A program made the translations under genes and the position numbers. Below are positions 24,390 to 37,282 of a DNA stretch of 64,000 nucleotides, piece by piece (positions within the stretch are counted from its first letter, which is position 1; each line of letters starts with the position of its first letter). The notes under the pieces are model-generated. The model saw only the letters and a program-made list of their open reading frames with translations. It was not told where the DNA came from and did not search any database. The stretch spans positions 35,650,001 to 35,714,000 of the forward strand of contig OZ287754.1 in the NCBI GenBank assembly GCA_965649765.1, given 5' to 3'. This DNA is from Bispira polyomma (taxonomy: Eukaryota).

Positions 24390-26099
24390 TTGTCTATGAA
24401 TTCCTTTACTCTTATATTTTATCTTATGTGTTGGGTTTTTAAACCCTTTACTTGCTTATTGGCATGTTAAAATTTTAGTTCTTATCTAAAATTTTCTGTA
24501 TAGTTGTACATAGAAGCTAAACATTTATAAACTAAAGATTTATAAATAAATATCCCAAACTGCATCTGACCTCTTACCTTTCAAAACCTCACACACAAGG
24601 TCAAACTACCATCTTATGACCTTGACCTCAAACTCATTTCATTCGGCTGCATAGATAAATATGAAAATAAACAATCTGCTATAAGATCATTTGGGCATCG
24701 TATTAAGGCAGACTTAGCTGCTGTCTGTCCTCGGTTGAATTTAATTCAGACTGTGTCATTGCCAGAAGACCCCCCCTGGACTATAAAAAAAAACACACAT
24801 TGGTTACTACTTGGCACAAAATAAAAAACATATAGGAGACGATTATTTATTTCAAAGTCTCTTTAGCCAGTTGATCAACTGTTATTCTGACCACAGGGCA
24901 ATATATCCTGATGGTTCTGAAGATAAAAACAAAGTAGCTGCAGCAGCAACATTAAATGACCTCAGTGCCCAAGTTAGATTACCTGGCAATGCTAGTATAT
25001 TCACAGCTGAATTGCAGGCTCTGAAAATGGCATTTAACATTATTAAAAATTGTGAGGGGTTAAAGTTTATTGTATTTACTGACTCTCTAGCTAGTCTGAA
25101 ATCCATTGACGGCAATAACTGTGATCATCCCTATTTACAGGATATTTAAAAGGTATTTAATCAGTGTTTGTCAGTGAACAAAAAAGTAGTTTTAGCATGG
25201 GTTCCTAGTCATGTAGGTATTGAGGGCAATGAAGTGGCAGACAAGCTTGCCAAACAAGCATTGAATTTTAACATTATAGACTTGAAAGTCCCCTATACAG
25301 ACTTTAAAGTTAATGTAAATTATGTTTTTAAACAAAAGTGGCAAGCCCAATGGAATGCGTGTCCTGATAACAAACTATTTCAAATAAACCCTACAGTTGG
25401 AGATTTTAATTTTTGGACGGGTTTATCTCATAGGGAAGAAATAGTTATTACTCGAGCCTGAACAGGACACACCTAGTTTACACACAGTTATCTGCTGAAA
25501 GGTGAGGATATCCCCTGATGCATTCCATGTCATTGTCCCGATACAGTCAGGCATATTTTATTAGACTGTATAGACCTACATGACATTCGGAAAAATCATT
25601 TTAATGTTAATAATATGAAAGATTTATTAAATGGAAATAGTATTTTTAATTATTTAAAAGAATGTGCTTTGTTTTATAAGTTTTAAGCTATAGTTAAGTA
25701 ATTTATTCTGTTAATAACAGCTAATTTATTGTGTTGTCTGTGGTTTCTTTGTTTTTTATAGTCTAGTCTTGTTTGTAGTATTGTTATATTTATATTTTGT
25801 ATTTATTTGTTATATTTTAAATTTTTTGTATTTCATTCTCTGATCTAGTTATTGTTGCGTTTGTTTAATGTTAATGTTGTTTGTATATATTTAGTTAATG
25901 TATTTATTAATTTTAATAGTGCAGTGTAACACTACGGTGATTTTGCACTTAAATTTTTAACTTAAACTTAGATATAGATAGATATATAGATAGATGGGGA
26001 GATGGATATATGGGGAGATAGATAGATAGTGATTCATTGAGTTATTTTTGTAAACATTTGTTCAATCTGTTCTTGTATTTTTAGCTCTAGATGAATGGC

Positions 26100-27387
26100 C
26101 CAAATGACCAGCAACTCCAACTTCTGCAGGCACACCTGAACCTCCAACAGGTGATAAGGATTCGCCAAAACCAAGTGGTTCTCTATGTCCATATGAGGCA
26201 GCGTGCGGGAGTGAGGCGCCACAGGAGATTCTGGATAAGGCTGTGATTACTCAGAAGGCCCGTCTATGGCCACCATGAAAGCCTGCTGGCCGAGCTGCGC
26301 CTGGAAGATCTTCAGGCCTTAAAAACCACATCAGGATGGAGCCTGCTCCATTCGATGAAGTGCCGGTGAGGGTGACTCCACTTATAGAGAAGGAGACAAC
26401 CTTTTTACTCTCACCAATCTCTCCTGGCTTAAAGCTTTCCCTGACCTTGAGGTATCTGGCCACTGGAGACTCCTATGCAAACATGCAGTATAACTTCCGT
26501 GTAGCCAAGAACACAATCTGCTTGTTCGTCCCACTGTTGTGTGAGGCCATCTATTCCTCTTACAAGCAAGAAGTCCTGAAGTGTCCAGACAACCCCCAGG
26601 ATTGGAAGCAGAAGGAGGAAGATTTCGCCAAGCAGTGGAACTTCCCACATGCAGTGGGTGCCTTGGACAGGAAGCATGTCTCGGTCCAGTGCTCCCCCAA
26701 CTCTGGCTCATTACATTACAATTACAAGGGTTTTTACTCCATAATAATACTTGAGTTAGTGGATGGAGACTACAAATTTCTCTGGGTAGATGTGGGGTGA
26801 AATGGCAGCTGTTCTGACGCACAGATTTTCAACGGGTCAGACCTCAAGGTAGCCGTGGAGGGGGATACTTTTGGGTTACCACAGGCAGACAAACTACCAG
26901 GTGACGACAGGCCCACACCTTACTTCATGCTGGCAGATGATGCATTTTCTTTGAAGACCTGGCTTAAGAAGCCCTTCAGTGGCAGGCATCTACATCGTGA
27001 AGAAAGCATCTTCAACTACAGATTGTCAAGGGCCAGGCGTGTGGTTGAGAATGCCTTCAGGATACTCGCCAACCGGTTCAGATGTCTTCTGACAATCATG
27101 CCCCAGGTACCACCTCCTGTCACCAGCATCGTGTTAGCCTGTGTGACACTCCACAACATCCTCAGGCACAGATATAGAGAAGTACACCAGGAACTGCTCG
27201 ACCACGAAGATGACCAGCACAGGCTTGTTTGTGGTGCATGGAGGAATGACCAAGAGTTGGTAAACATGAAGATGAACCTAGCTAAAGGTGGGAATGCGGC
27301 CAGTCAGGCAAGAAAGAGGCACTCTACCTGCATCATTACATGAACTTAGTGGCCGTTTCGGTTCCCTGGTAAGAGAATATGATTTAA
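26100..27387 (+). pseudogene. Harbinger (HARBI1-like) DDE transposase, disrupted
   Basis: RRFWI, LSLTLRYLATGDSY, WNFPHAVGALDRKHV, YNYKGFYSI, LADDAF, FNYRLSRARRVVENAFRIL..RF, LHN; in-frame stops and frameshifts. Confidence 0.9.
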
Positions 27388-28393
27388 GTTCCTCTACCTA
27401 ATGTCATTGTAATTGTATTTGACATTGTAATTGTATAGTGATTCAATAGTTCAATAATATTGTAATTTATTAAAGTCAACATTGTAATTGTATAGTGATT
27501 CGATGTTTTTCTCTTTTTCATGTAGGTGATACTATGATTATAGATCTCAAAGGTCTAGATAATGTTGTTCAGTATTACTTTTGTCTTTTACATTTAAAGA
27601 TGTTCCATAAAGCTCCCCACACTCCCAGGTCCAGGTCAATGTCAAGGTCAACATGGGCATATAACTGCCAACATTAACACTTTATTGAGATTCAAACCCA
27701 AGACCTCAGAGATTGTCATTGTTGTCAGTCGGTGGTTTATAATTGGTTTCCTCCTCCAGTACAATTGGTTTCCTCCTCCAGTACAGTTGGTTTTCAATTG
27801 CAGTGCTGTTGGTTAGTGAAAATCTCACCTAAGCATACAATACTCATACATACATACATTCATGCATACAACTCATTCAAAAGATAAATGCAATTTTTAT
27901 GGTTTTTATTATTTTTCTGACATTAACTGAAACAAACGGGCATTCAGTGCTCTGACCTGCAGTTTAAGAGGAATGACTTTTGAGAAAGAAAAACCAGCAG
28001 CTGGGATATATTCTTTTAATCTATACTACACATATATTTAACTAATTAAATTATAAGATATGATATAAGCCCACCTTAGTTAGAACTTTAAGGTTAGTCT
28101 AAGTTCACCTTAGGGGTGACTTCAAAGCGACTACTTTAAGGTTAACGTAACTTTAGTTTGACTTTAAGTTAGCATAATTTAAGGTAACCTTAAGCAATTC
28201 ACATACTTACTGAGACTTTTAGTTTAACAGAATTTAAGATAACATTAACAAAATTACATATTTCAATTGGCCTAAGCCTTACATGCGTCTAGTTAAGGTT
28301 ATTAAAAGTTTTGACTAGAAGGTGACCTTAAAAGATACAATATTTACATTTTATATATTATAGTAAAAAGAGACAATAACCACCAAGGCCCAA

Positions 28394-29390
28394 CTAGGAA
28401 GTAGGAAGTGGGTTGAGAAGAGATTGTAGGGCGAGGGCGACCTGGTCAGAGGCCGAATGGTCCTGTGTGATGTATCGCCACACACATTCAGGGGACCAGA
28501 TGCCCTGACTTTGAATGTCTTGTAATGGAACATGAGCATTAAAGGCTAAGGTCGCCCCAGAGCGACGGCATGTATGAAATGTGATATTTGATTGATCCTT
28601 GTTTAATCTAACTAGAATGTCTTTCAAGTTTTTGCAAATCTTAGTATCTGTTAGGGTGAACCACTGAGTGTCACTTTTGACTTGAAAGAATGGGGAATTT
28701 TTATTTCCCGGTGTTATTGCCAGGAGCGTTTTTAGGGCTTTAACAGGGTAGATAATTTGATGTTGCAGTATGGGTATTTTAATCACTTTAATGGTGTTTC
28801 TGGACTGTAGGGTTTTGGTCCATTTGATTATGATATGGGCACCTGGTGGGGCGAGAATGATATCAGCCCTAGCCAGTTGCTGCAATGGTGAGTATTCACT
28901 GAGCGTGAGGAACCAGATTCGAGATTTGCAAGAAGGAAAAGAAAGCTAATAAGTAGGCTGATTTGTAGACTTGGCTCATATACATGGAGTCACAAACTAA
29001 TGCTATGTTTTGCAATAAATTAATATCAATGACGCCATTCAGTTTGGCCTTAAATGGTGTATGTAACACGAGGGCTTTTTGGAAATACTTGATTCTCTGA
29101 TCCGAGAAGGCAGTTACTTGTACGCCATACAGTGACATATAAGCTTTTATAGCCGAGAAGTAATTTGCCACTGAGGTGTGAGATGTATTATTTACTACTA
29201 GCACTTCCAAAAAGGCCAGAATTGATGTAGGTGTGATATTATATATACAAATGTTTGCAAAACAGCAGAAAGCTAGAAATACTCTGAACATGGCTGTGTA
29301 GGCGTTTTGTGTGGAAGGACGAAAGGCCTGGTGTGCTCGCTTAACTGCGCTGCCTGCTAATTTCAGGACCCAGGTAGGGGAAGCTGACAT
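28394..29390 (-). pseudogene. Tyrosine recombinase of element 3
   Basis: ORFs 28896-29390 and 28394-28885, homologous to element 1 YR; catalytic-region substitutions (LQISN, SQGIW). Confidence 0.9.
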
Positions 29391-29398
29391 TTTTAAGA

Positions 29399-31492
29399 CT
29401 ATATAGACCAGTCTAGTTGTAAGAAGTCATCATGGACCTGTAGCCAGATGGGAATTGTAACTAACCTGTTTCTATCAGTGGTAATAGCCCTAAAAAGCAA
29501 GTCAGCTATATTGTTTCTTTTACCCAGAATATGTACAGTCCTTAGTTCTATGTCTGCTTTTGCAGCTTCCATGAAAATGTTTCTGGTCATTGCAGCCAGA
29601 GTGAGATCATAGGTATTGCCTGAATTTAAAATAGAAACTACTGCTTGGTTATCACAGTGAACTAGTAGTTTTTTGCCCGACCATTGGTCTTTCCAGAGCC
29701 TAATGGATCCTAGAATATTCAACATTTCAAGATGCACAATAGTGTAATTTCTGTAACCCAGAGGGATTTGTTTGGTAAAAATTTGATTGTTGCAACAAGC
29801 ACCCAGTCCTTGCAAACATGCATGTAAGTGTACCTGATCTGTTACTGGTCTATGCTCGAAGAAAGCCATACCATTGAATGATGTCATGAAGGTGTTAAAC
29901 CAGTTTAAATCCTGGTGAATATTAATGTCTAACTTAATGTCTAGAGAATTTTGAGAGCCCCTAAGGGTATCCAACATTCTGTTTAAATAAGCTCCTGAGT
30001 TCTTTACACATTTGGAAATATATAATAATGAACCAAGTAATGATTGAAGCTATCGTTTAGTACAACTTTTCTTGGTTCTCCAACCTTGACATATTTGTTT
30101 TATTTCATCCAATCTGTCATCCGGAATCGAAACAGTAAAGTCTTCAGTATTGACTAACACTCCAAAGCAGATTACCTTGGTACTAGGGGCCACTTCTTTC
30201 TTTTTGCTCATTGCAAAACCTAATTTACCAAATATTTCTTTTAATTTCTCAAATGATTCAAATATTTTGCCAGGCAGACCGTATTTGACGTCATTGATAA
30301 AATTTATGACATCATGACCCTGTGACGTCATGATGAGCCGAATCGCGTCACTGAGCCTTTGAAAAATTGCACTTCCGTGGCGATAGCTGAACGGAAGACA
30401 CGTGTCAATATGGTAGTCATTTAACTGTAAGCCTAATAGATCATAATCGGCTGGGTCAATTTTTACGTGCCTAAAAGCACGACTGATATCTAGTTTATAC
30501 AAAAGCGCCCCTTTGCCTAGTTTAACCACGTTTCTTGTGATGTCATCGACCGTGGGCAATGTAAGTATGAACGGTGTTTCCAGATACTAATCTTTATTTA
30601 TGGCTGAGTTTACTGCATGCCCTTGTGGGCAACTTAGATCAATAATCACTCTTCTATGTTTAGCTTCTGGTTTAGGGCGCGTCGTGAATTGTGACATGTG
30701 CAGTTCGGATAAGGGGGGGTTCCTTGAAGGGACCAATAATCGCCCCGAATTCTTTCTCTTCTTTCAAATAAGCTTTGATGTCGTCTTGAAACTGGGTAGC
30801 TGAACTATGATTATCATCTTTGTTCTCAAGGGGGACAATTTCTGTTAAAGTCTAAAGGAAAACCAAATTTGAGTAAATGGATAAGTTGGGTTTCCCAGTA
30901 ATCACCCAATAGCTTTTCCCATTGTAAGTCATGCAGTTGTGAAGCCACTGGTATTTGGGCTCCCAAGAAATTTGGACATTTTTGTTTTTTCACTAACTTA
31001 TGTAATTCAAGAGGATCGTTTGAGTGTGAACTTGCCTTTACTTCATTGTCGCTTAAGTGTGAACTTGCCTTTACCTCAGGGAGTTTTAGCTCACGTAACG
31101 GAATGAAACCAAATTTTTCCTTATTCTGCTTGTTCCACTTTTGGAACAAAGAATTGCCTTCCACTTTATCGACTACCTCTCTGTGTTTTCTTTTTACCAT
31201 ATTCCAATACATTTCTATTTACATCTGAGCGACATTTGGAGGGCTGTTTGTGGCCTGAATGTGCAACTTTTACATGAAATTTCTCTCTATTTCTGTTACC
31301 AAAGTTCTGTTTTACAACCTGGGCATACGATTTGTTATTGAACCTGGTCCAGTCGGCCCTCCAGTGGTTGCTACACAAATTTAATACATTTGATTTATTT
31401 ACAACTCTACCAGAACAGTATTGTTTATGATCATTAAAGATTTTTCTGTAATTTTTTGACACTGCTGTACTGCAGTGCCCTACTCGTTTTTT
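29399..31492 (-). pseudogene. Pol (RT/RNase H) of element 3
   Basis: KLDISRAFRHV, NFIND, HCDNQAVV, LDWSI*. Confidence 0.88.
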
Positions 31493-32530
31493 ACACTACT
31501 TTCACCAAATTTAACTGTTGAGTTTCTATGATGGTCCTTAGAGGCATGTGAGAATTTCTTACCAAAAGTATGGCAAGTGGCACAAATGTGCAGATAAGTC
31601 TACCCTTTGGTTTCATGATGTATCTTATGAGGACATGATCCTTTCTGAAAATACTTACAGGGAAAGCCCTTTTCGTTACTTTTTTGCCTATTCGAACCTT
31701 GATATGCGGCATTACCCCCTGTATTGACCACTTTCTGAGCATGAGCCCTTCTGATCCAATCAATTTTTGCAGTTCCATCCCATGAAACTTTCCCCTCTTC
31801 CAAGCGACAAAGCAAAACAGCGTGGCTGCCTTTGGCTGCCGGCCATGAAATATCGTTACAATCATCCATCAAATCTTGAGCATATTCTAGCATAGCATTT
31901 TTGATTTCTATGTTCTTCTCATCCCTGACTATAGAGCCAAAGCCAGATACCCACTGTGTCATCGAAAGGCTGTCTTAGGTGGTTCTAGATTTTGTAGTGC
32001 CGCCAAGAATATGATTTTGTGTCCATGCCACCTAACGCTTAACCCAAACAGTTTTGGATCCGCCCCTTTGGGATTTGAAGTTACCTTTGTCTGTGAGTCC
32101 GGCGAGGTCTCGCAGCCTTGAATCCACTGCTTGCTGTAAGTAGTCTGACGTCTTGAGGGTGGTTAGTGAAGGCACCAGTATGTCGTCTGTCTCTGACATA
32201 GGTAGGGGTGCTGGCTGAGCCGTCATCACAGGAGTTGTGGCAGGTACTATGGGCTGCATAGACGTGGCTGGAACAGGAAACAGGGTTAAAGCGGCTGCTC
32301 CTGCAATTTACAACACTATTTCTTTCTGATTGTTTGACACGTTTCTCCATAGTCGACATACGACCACTTAGTCCTTTAAGTTCCTCTAGAATACAGAGAT
32401 TTATAGCCGCAGTAGCAGTGTCATTCTGTTCATTAGTGTCAGTTTGTTTAGTAAACGGACAATTGTCATTAATGGGTTTTTTATGACTATTTTTGCACGC
32501 CCGACAGTCATAATGGGCACGAGGTGCCAT
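31480..32530 (-). pseudogene. Gag-like ORF1 of element 3
   Basis: MAPRAHYDCRACKNSHKKPINDNC, KSQRGG, WPAAKGSHAVLLC, CKYFQKGSCPH. Confidence 0.85.
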
Positions 32531-33056
32531 CTTTGCAAATATACAAATACACACAAATGCTTTGGTATGTGCGGATCTTAAGGTTGAAGTTGTTATGATT
32601 TATAAATGAATTGTTGTAAATTTCAAATAATAGTGAAAACAGCCCTCAACCGTAGCCCTAACTAGAGAGCAAGATTTGCATGTGTCAAAGCAAGTTTGAA
32701 CAATAAACTCCAGTCAAGTGCCTGCCAGCTTCACTTTCCAGTCCAGCAATCACTCATTCTCTTACTACAATATATGTGAAGACTCGGTTACATAAAGATG
32801 AATGAAAAGACATACAATGAAAGAGTTATGTAAAAATGTAAAAATAAAGTAAAAATATTTGAAAGTTTTAAGATGGCGTTCTGCCCTTTCAAGTTCTTAA
32901 TTTAAAGTGAGGTTGGGTAGAAATTAGTGGCAAATGTGAGAGAAAGTAGGCCAACTGCTGACGAATTTGTAACTAAGGTCAAGCTAACCAGAATAGTTTT
33001 AGCAATATAATTTAAGGTGTGCACTGAACTCACTAACCCCGTTGGGTTAATTAGGA

Positions 33057-33345
33057 CATTGTGCACCTATTTTAAAACCAACAGGCATTTATTGTGCCAC
33101 TGTCTTTGAAACCAACAGGCATCCAGTGTGTCTCTATTTTGAAACTAACAGGCATTCATTGTGTCCCTATTTTGAAACCAACAGGCATCTAGTGTGCCTC
33201 TATTTTGAAACCAACAGGCATTTAGTGTGCCCCTAATATGAAACCAACAGGCATTTATTGTGCCACTGTCTTTGAAACCAACAGGCATTTATTGTGCCTC
33301 TGTCTTTAAAACCAACAGGCATTTAGTGTGCCTCTATTTTGAAGC
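33057..33345. repeat. 33-bp minisatellite (~9 units), with a further partial unit at 27929-27944
   Basis: Tandem tttgaaaccaacaggcatttagtgtgcctctat-like units. Confidence 0.9.
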
Positions 33346-33379
33346 TACCTGACATTTACTTACAGACTTACTGATAGCC

Positions 33380-33870
33380 TTATGACTACAAATGACTTAT
33401 GATTAGGGAAAATTTACAGAGTTGACTGCCATCACACCGGGTGATGCAGACTGGTACGGTCCTAGATATTATGCATAACATCCACTTTAGATGGGTTGGA
33501 CATTTTTCCTGTGATGGAGAGGTTGCGAGAAGATTACAAGACATGAAACGGTAAGTCTGAAACTTCAACTTCAAAACTAACAAGCATTTACTTATGGTTC
33601 ATCATTACTGATTACATATGACTACAAATGATTACTTATGATTGAGGAAAATTTACAGAGTTGACTGGCATCACAACAGTTGATGCGGACTGACACGGTC
33701 TTGGACTTCATGCGGAACATCCACACTAGAAGTGTTGGACCTTTTTCGTATGATGGAGAGGTTGCGAGAAGATTGGAAGATATGAAACAGTAAGTCTGAA
33801 ACTTCAACTTCGAAACTAACAAGCATTTACTTATGGTTCATCATTACTGATTATTTATGACTACTAATGA
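33380..33870. repeat. ~237-bp tandem duplication (2 copies)
   Basis: tatgactacaaatga...aagcatttacttatggttcatcattactgatta occurs twice and explains the twin ORFs 33386-33583 and 33622-33822. Confidence 0.85.
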
Positions 33871-34184
33871 CTTATGACTTATGTATATACTTATGACTTA
33901 TGTATTATTTCTTATAAATTAATAATAATTATGTATTAAAGATGATTTACAGCCTTGTGTGTTTGGAGGAACTTCAGTCTGAAGGTGCCCATGCTTCAGA
34001 CTGACATGTAAAAAAAATCTAGTTGCCTGGAATCTGAGGTCCACTTTGGTGAAGATCTTTGACTGGGATGCAACTATGATGCAACCCACCCCCTAGCATC
34101 CGGAGGCAAGGAGCATAACTCCCTTCGACCCTTCACCCAATGAAGCCGTTAGGATATAGGATATACGGAACATTTTGAACCATC

Positions 34185-34975
34185 AGTCTATCTCTATCAT
34201 AAAGTAAAATTGGAAAGCCAAATTCAATGTATTGTAGTATGATATTGTCAGGATAATCTGTCAAATATTTCTTTCAATTTTCAACTTTGAGGTTACTCTT
34301 AAGAGGTATCCTAACTGGTTTATAGTTGCAAACTCCAGAGTTCTTAAAAATGTCAGGTTGTCATAAGAATTTATGTGAACTTCTTGTCTGTCTGGGTCCA
34401 CAAATTGGAAGTTATTCTGTCTGTGTGGTATGAAACCATAAGCTCTGTCCCTAGAAATAAGAAGGGACTTATGTTTGACATTGTCCATACTAGTGCCTGA
34501 TGATGCAACTGGCAAAATGTCAATAATCATGACGTCTTCATTATGCACTAATGTAGGTTTTTGAATCATAGAGTTTTTATTTTACACTAATATAGGGTTT
34601 TGAACCATAACGTTGTCATTATGCACTATTGCATTTTCTTGGTTCATTTGATACTTAATGGGTAAGTGTGCCTGATGATTACAGTCTGAATAGTTCTGGT
34701 GTTGAAAATTTGATTTGCAAATCTTGTCAATGATATATGTATAATAAAAAGTTTGTCAAATAATTTTTGTATGTGTATTATGCTTTGAACGAATTTGAAT
34801 CGAACGAGTGTATTGTAAGATTGTGGCACAACTGGTTTTCACATAAGATAATGGCCATATATGATACAGTGTATAGGGGGTTTGTTGTAAGTACCACATA
34901 TCATACCAATAAGTCCATTTGTATACACCTGAAATACATGAATCATCATGACAAACAAAAGTTATGATATGCAAA
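34185..34975 (-). mobile_element. Internal pol fragment of an element-2-family Ngaro copy
   Basis: VCHDDSCISGVYKWTY and ISRDRAYGFIPHRQNNF match element 2 at ~20230-21100. Confidence 0.85.
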
Positions 34976-36179
34976 CTTGTAATTTAGTTGTTACTGACCT
35001 CATGAGTGTATTAATGTTCATGTACCATCATAAAATCTAATTTCCAAAGTTACCTGTACATTAGGCAGACATTGTCTGCACCAGTTCAACAGACAAAAAG
35101 GCCTTGTTGTCGCCTCCTTGTCGCATTGATGTGGTATTAAGTTCACACTTCAAAGTCATAATCCCTCATAAAAACAGAGACTTATCTTTTATCTGCCTTA
35201 TTGTCCCCTCCATGTCTGGTATTGTCTCCTCTTGTCACCCCTGTGTCACCTATTTGACTTGGTTTTATTCAGTAGATAATAAGCTTACATTTGGTACCTC
35301 ACAAGTGACTAAAATATGAAAAATTGAAATCATGTTGTCACAAATTACTGGTTTGCGTAACTCTGAAGGTATCTAAGAACATGGAGGCCAAATGAAGTTC
35401 ATTCCAATTTATGCAATGTTAACATTTAAATTCATGTTTAGGACACTACAGGGTACCATATAAATATCAAGTTGGAGTTATGTGTTGGAGGGGTGTGTGC
35501 CAACGGTAGCCCACGCCCTATAATACTTGCAAATATATCTCAGTCCAACATATAAATATTGTGTGTATAAAAGTTAGCATAGAGGAGTTCATACCTTTGA
35601 TTATGTGTTATAGATCTGTTGAAATTAAACCTGTACTTTGTAATGTGGACGTTACTTAAGTAAAGGGTATTTCAAGCAGCAAACACGCACCTAATATACA
35701 TGAAATGAAGGAGTTGTGTGGTGGTGAAACGCCTTGGTTTTTGCTAGATTCTTGTGATTATGGCGCATAAATGACTTGACACCACTTAAAGGATACAGCA
35801 CAGTCGTTATCCTACCAACAAAACCAGTCCTTAAAAGTATAACGAAACTCAAAACTTCTTTCGAACAGACGGTAGGAAGTTAAGCCATTGCACATGGAGA
35901 TAAATAATGCACTTGTTAATATTTGTTCTAGAAGATATTGCAATGTCGAAGACCAAATGAACAAATCTGAGTTTTAATATCCACACCGCTTATTATTACT
36001 GAACATTTCGAAAGCACTTCAACTATAGAAAGCTCCAAGTGCTGTACAATGTTATAGCAAATAGTCAATATATACAAGATTTGTACAAGATATATTAAAA
36101 ATTATAAAAAGGAGATTTTGTCCCAATGCTATATAACAATGTTTTCAGTGTTTTTTTTTTAAAATTCCGTAGGAAGTCT

Positions 36180-36868
36180 ATGTCCTTTCAGGTAACCTAT
36201 TCCATAACTCAGGAATACAATTTTCAAAACATCTGTCTATGAACTTTGACTTAGTGCTTGTTTAACAAAATTGAACACCACAAGAGAAGCAGGTGTAGTG
36301 AAAGGAGAACTTGAGTCGGAGATCTGTCAGATAAGACAGGGATTGTCCCTTGATAGAGTTAAAGATCATAACTAGGTTTATGAATAGGATTCTCTTCCAG
36401 TTCGGAAGCAGAAGTAATACTTTAGGTTTGTCTTCATTCAATTGGAGCATATTAGCCAACATCTACTTTAAATATAAAGAATGCAATCTTCTAGATAAAT
36501 ACAATTCCCTTTCGTATCACTATATAGTTTGGAACTAAGATATAGTTGTGTGTCTTCAGTATAAAAGTGATGATTCATCCTGCGCTTCTTCAAAATATCT
36601 TCCAAAGGAGTGATACATTGTAAATAGAATTGATCTCAACACTGTGGAACACCAAAACAAAAAGTAATTGACTGAGAAAAATACCCCCCATCTTGACCGT
36701 CTGAGCCCTGCCTCTGATGTCTAATGCTGACCAGTAATGCCAAAACGCTTGTCCATAAGGGAAAGGAGAATATGATAATCTAAAGTATCGAAGGCTGCAC
36801 TAAGGTCAAGAAGCACCAAACCAACCATGCACTTATTGTGAAGGCACAAGAGAATGTCATTTTAAAAA
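36180..36868 (-). pseudogene. L2/Crack-type LINE RT fragments
   Basis: Minus strand NDILLCLHNKCMVGLVLLDLSAAFDTLDY, YHSFG..FEEAQDE..FY.EDTQLY, MLANMLQLNEDK. Confidence 0.75.
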
Positions 36869-37238
36869 TTGGTCTTCCATGTTTGCAGTGTGTTATTTTG
36901 TTGCCGACCATGGGTTTATGTAGCAAAGACAACAAATATGTTCACTTTGTTAGGATCATTGTTGTTGTTGGAAATGGCTTGGATAAGCTATAGCTTAATG
37001 TCCTGAAAAGCAATTAAATTATATGTTCTTCATCACATCATTTTTATTCCATAGTAAAAATTAACAAAGGAAAAAACATATATCAGTAGCAATCTGTACC
37101 ATGCTTTAATTAATTGAGTCACTAAATGTCTTGAATTTATATTATATGTGAATCCAAGTTGAAAGTTAAGCCAATTACACTTTGAAACATGATGCAAAAT
37201 GCTAACTGTTTCATTGATAAAACACTGGAATCTTCTTA

Positions 37239-37282
37239 TCACTTCTTGCCGTGTCCATTCCAGTCAGCTATCTTTTTCATCA
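37239..37282 (-). CDS. DH31: DH31 alternative terminal exon b: VMKKIADWNGH-GKK*
   Basis: ctaat branch-like site and tttatctatgttttag| phase 1; same 44-nt coding length as exon a; amidation signal GKK; AATAAA at 37048-37043. Confidence 0.8.

Larger units (their letters stand above)
18281..24649 (+). mobile_element. Full-length Ngaro-type YR retrotransposon 2 with split direct repeats
   Basis: A1 18281-18552 matches A2 23747-24018 (272 bp); B1 23556-23746 matches B2 24459-24649 (191 bp); removing it restores LINE codons CCT CAG TAC ATA GAT AAA (PQYIDK). Confidence 0.95.
15650..25686 (+). pseudogene. LINE ORF2 (AP endonuclease-RT-RNase H-CCHC), frameshifted and interrupted at 18280/24650
   Basis: IQWNCRG, GDFNAH, SDHFPI, PISLTSCLCK, FFDLEKAYD, GVPQGS, FVDD; RNase H IYPDGS, AELQAL, FTDS, WVPSHVGIEGNEVADKLAK; CIPCHCPDTVRHILLDC. 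Confidence 0.9.
13842..25968 (+). mobile_element. Full-length I/Nimb-group non-LTR retrotransposon carrying Ngaro element 2
   Basis: TSD tagatatagatagat at 13827-13841 and 25969-25983; ORF1 with CCHC knuckles; ORF2 with APE, RT, RNase H and CCHC. Confidence 0.9.
13271..27900 (+). mobile_element. PIF/Harbinger DNA transposon relic interrupted by the LINE
   Basis: Left end agccggttaccca followed by repeated caagtt(c/t)tc motifs (13290-13690) and TATAAATA near 13698; Harbinger transposase follows the LINE. Right TIR not found, so ends are approximate. Confidence 0.55.
27945..33060 (-). mobile_element. Ngaro-type YR retrotransposon 3 (A-gag-pol-YR-single B)
   Basis: gag 31480-32530, pol 29399-31492, YR 28394-29390 (HTCRRSGA, WRYI); A end shares aagatggcgtt and gcactgaact with element 1; B begins cagtgc; both flanks belong to the 33-bp minisatellite. 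Confidence 0.9.
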
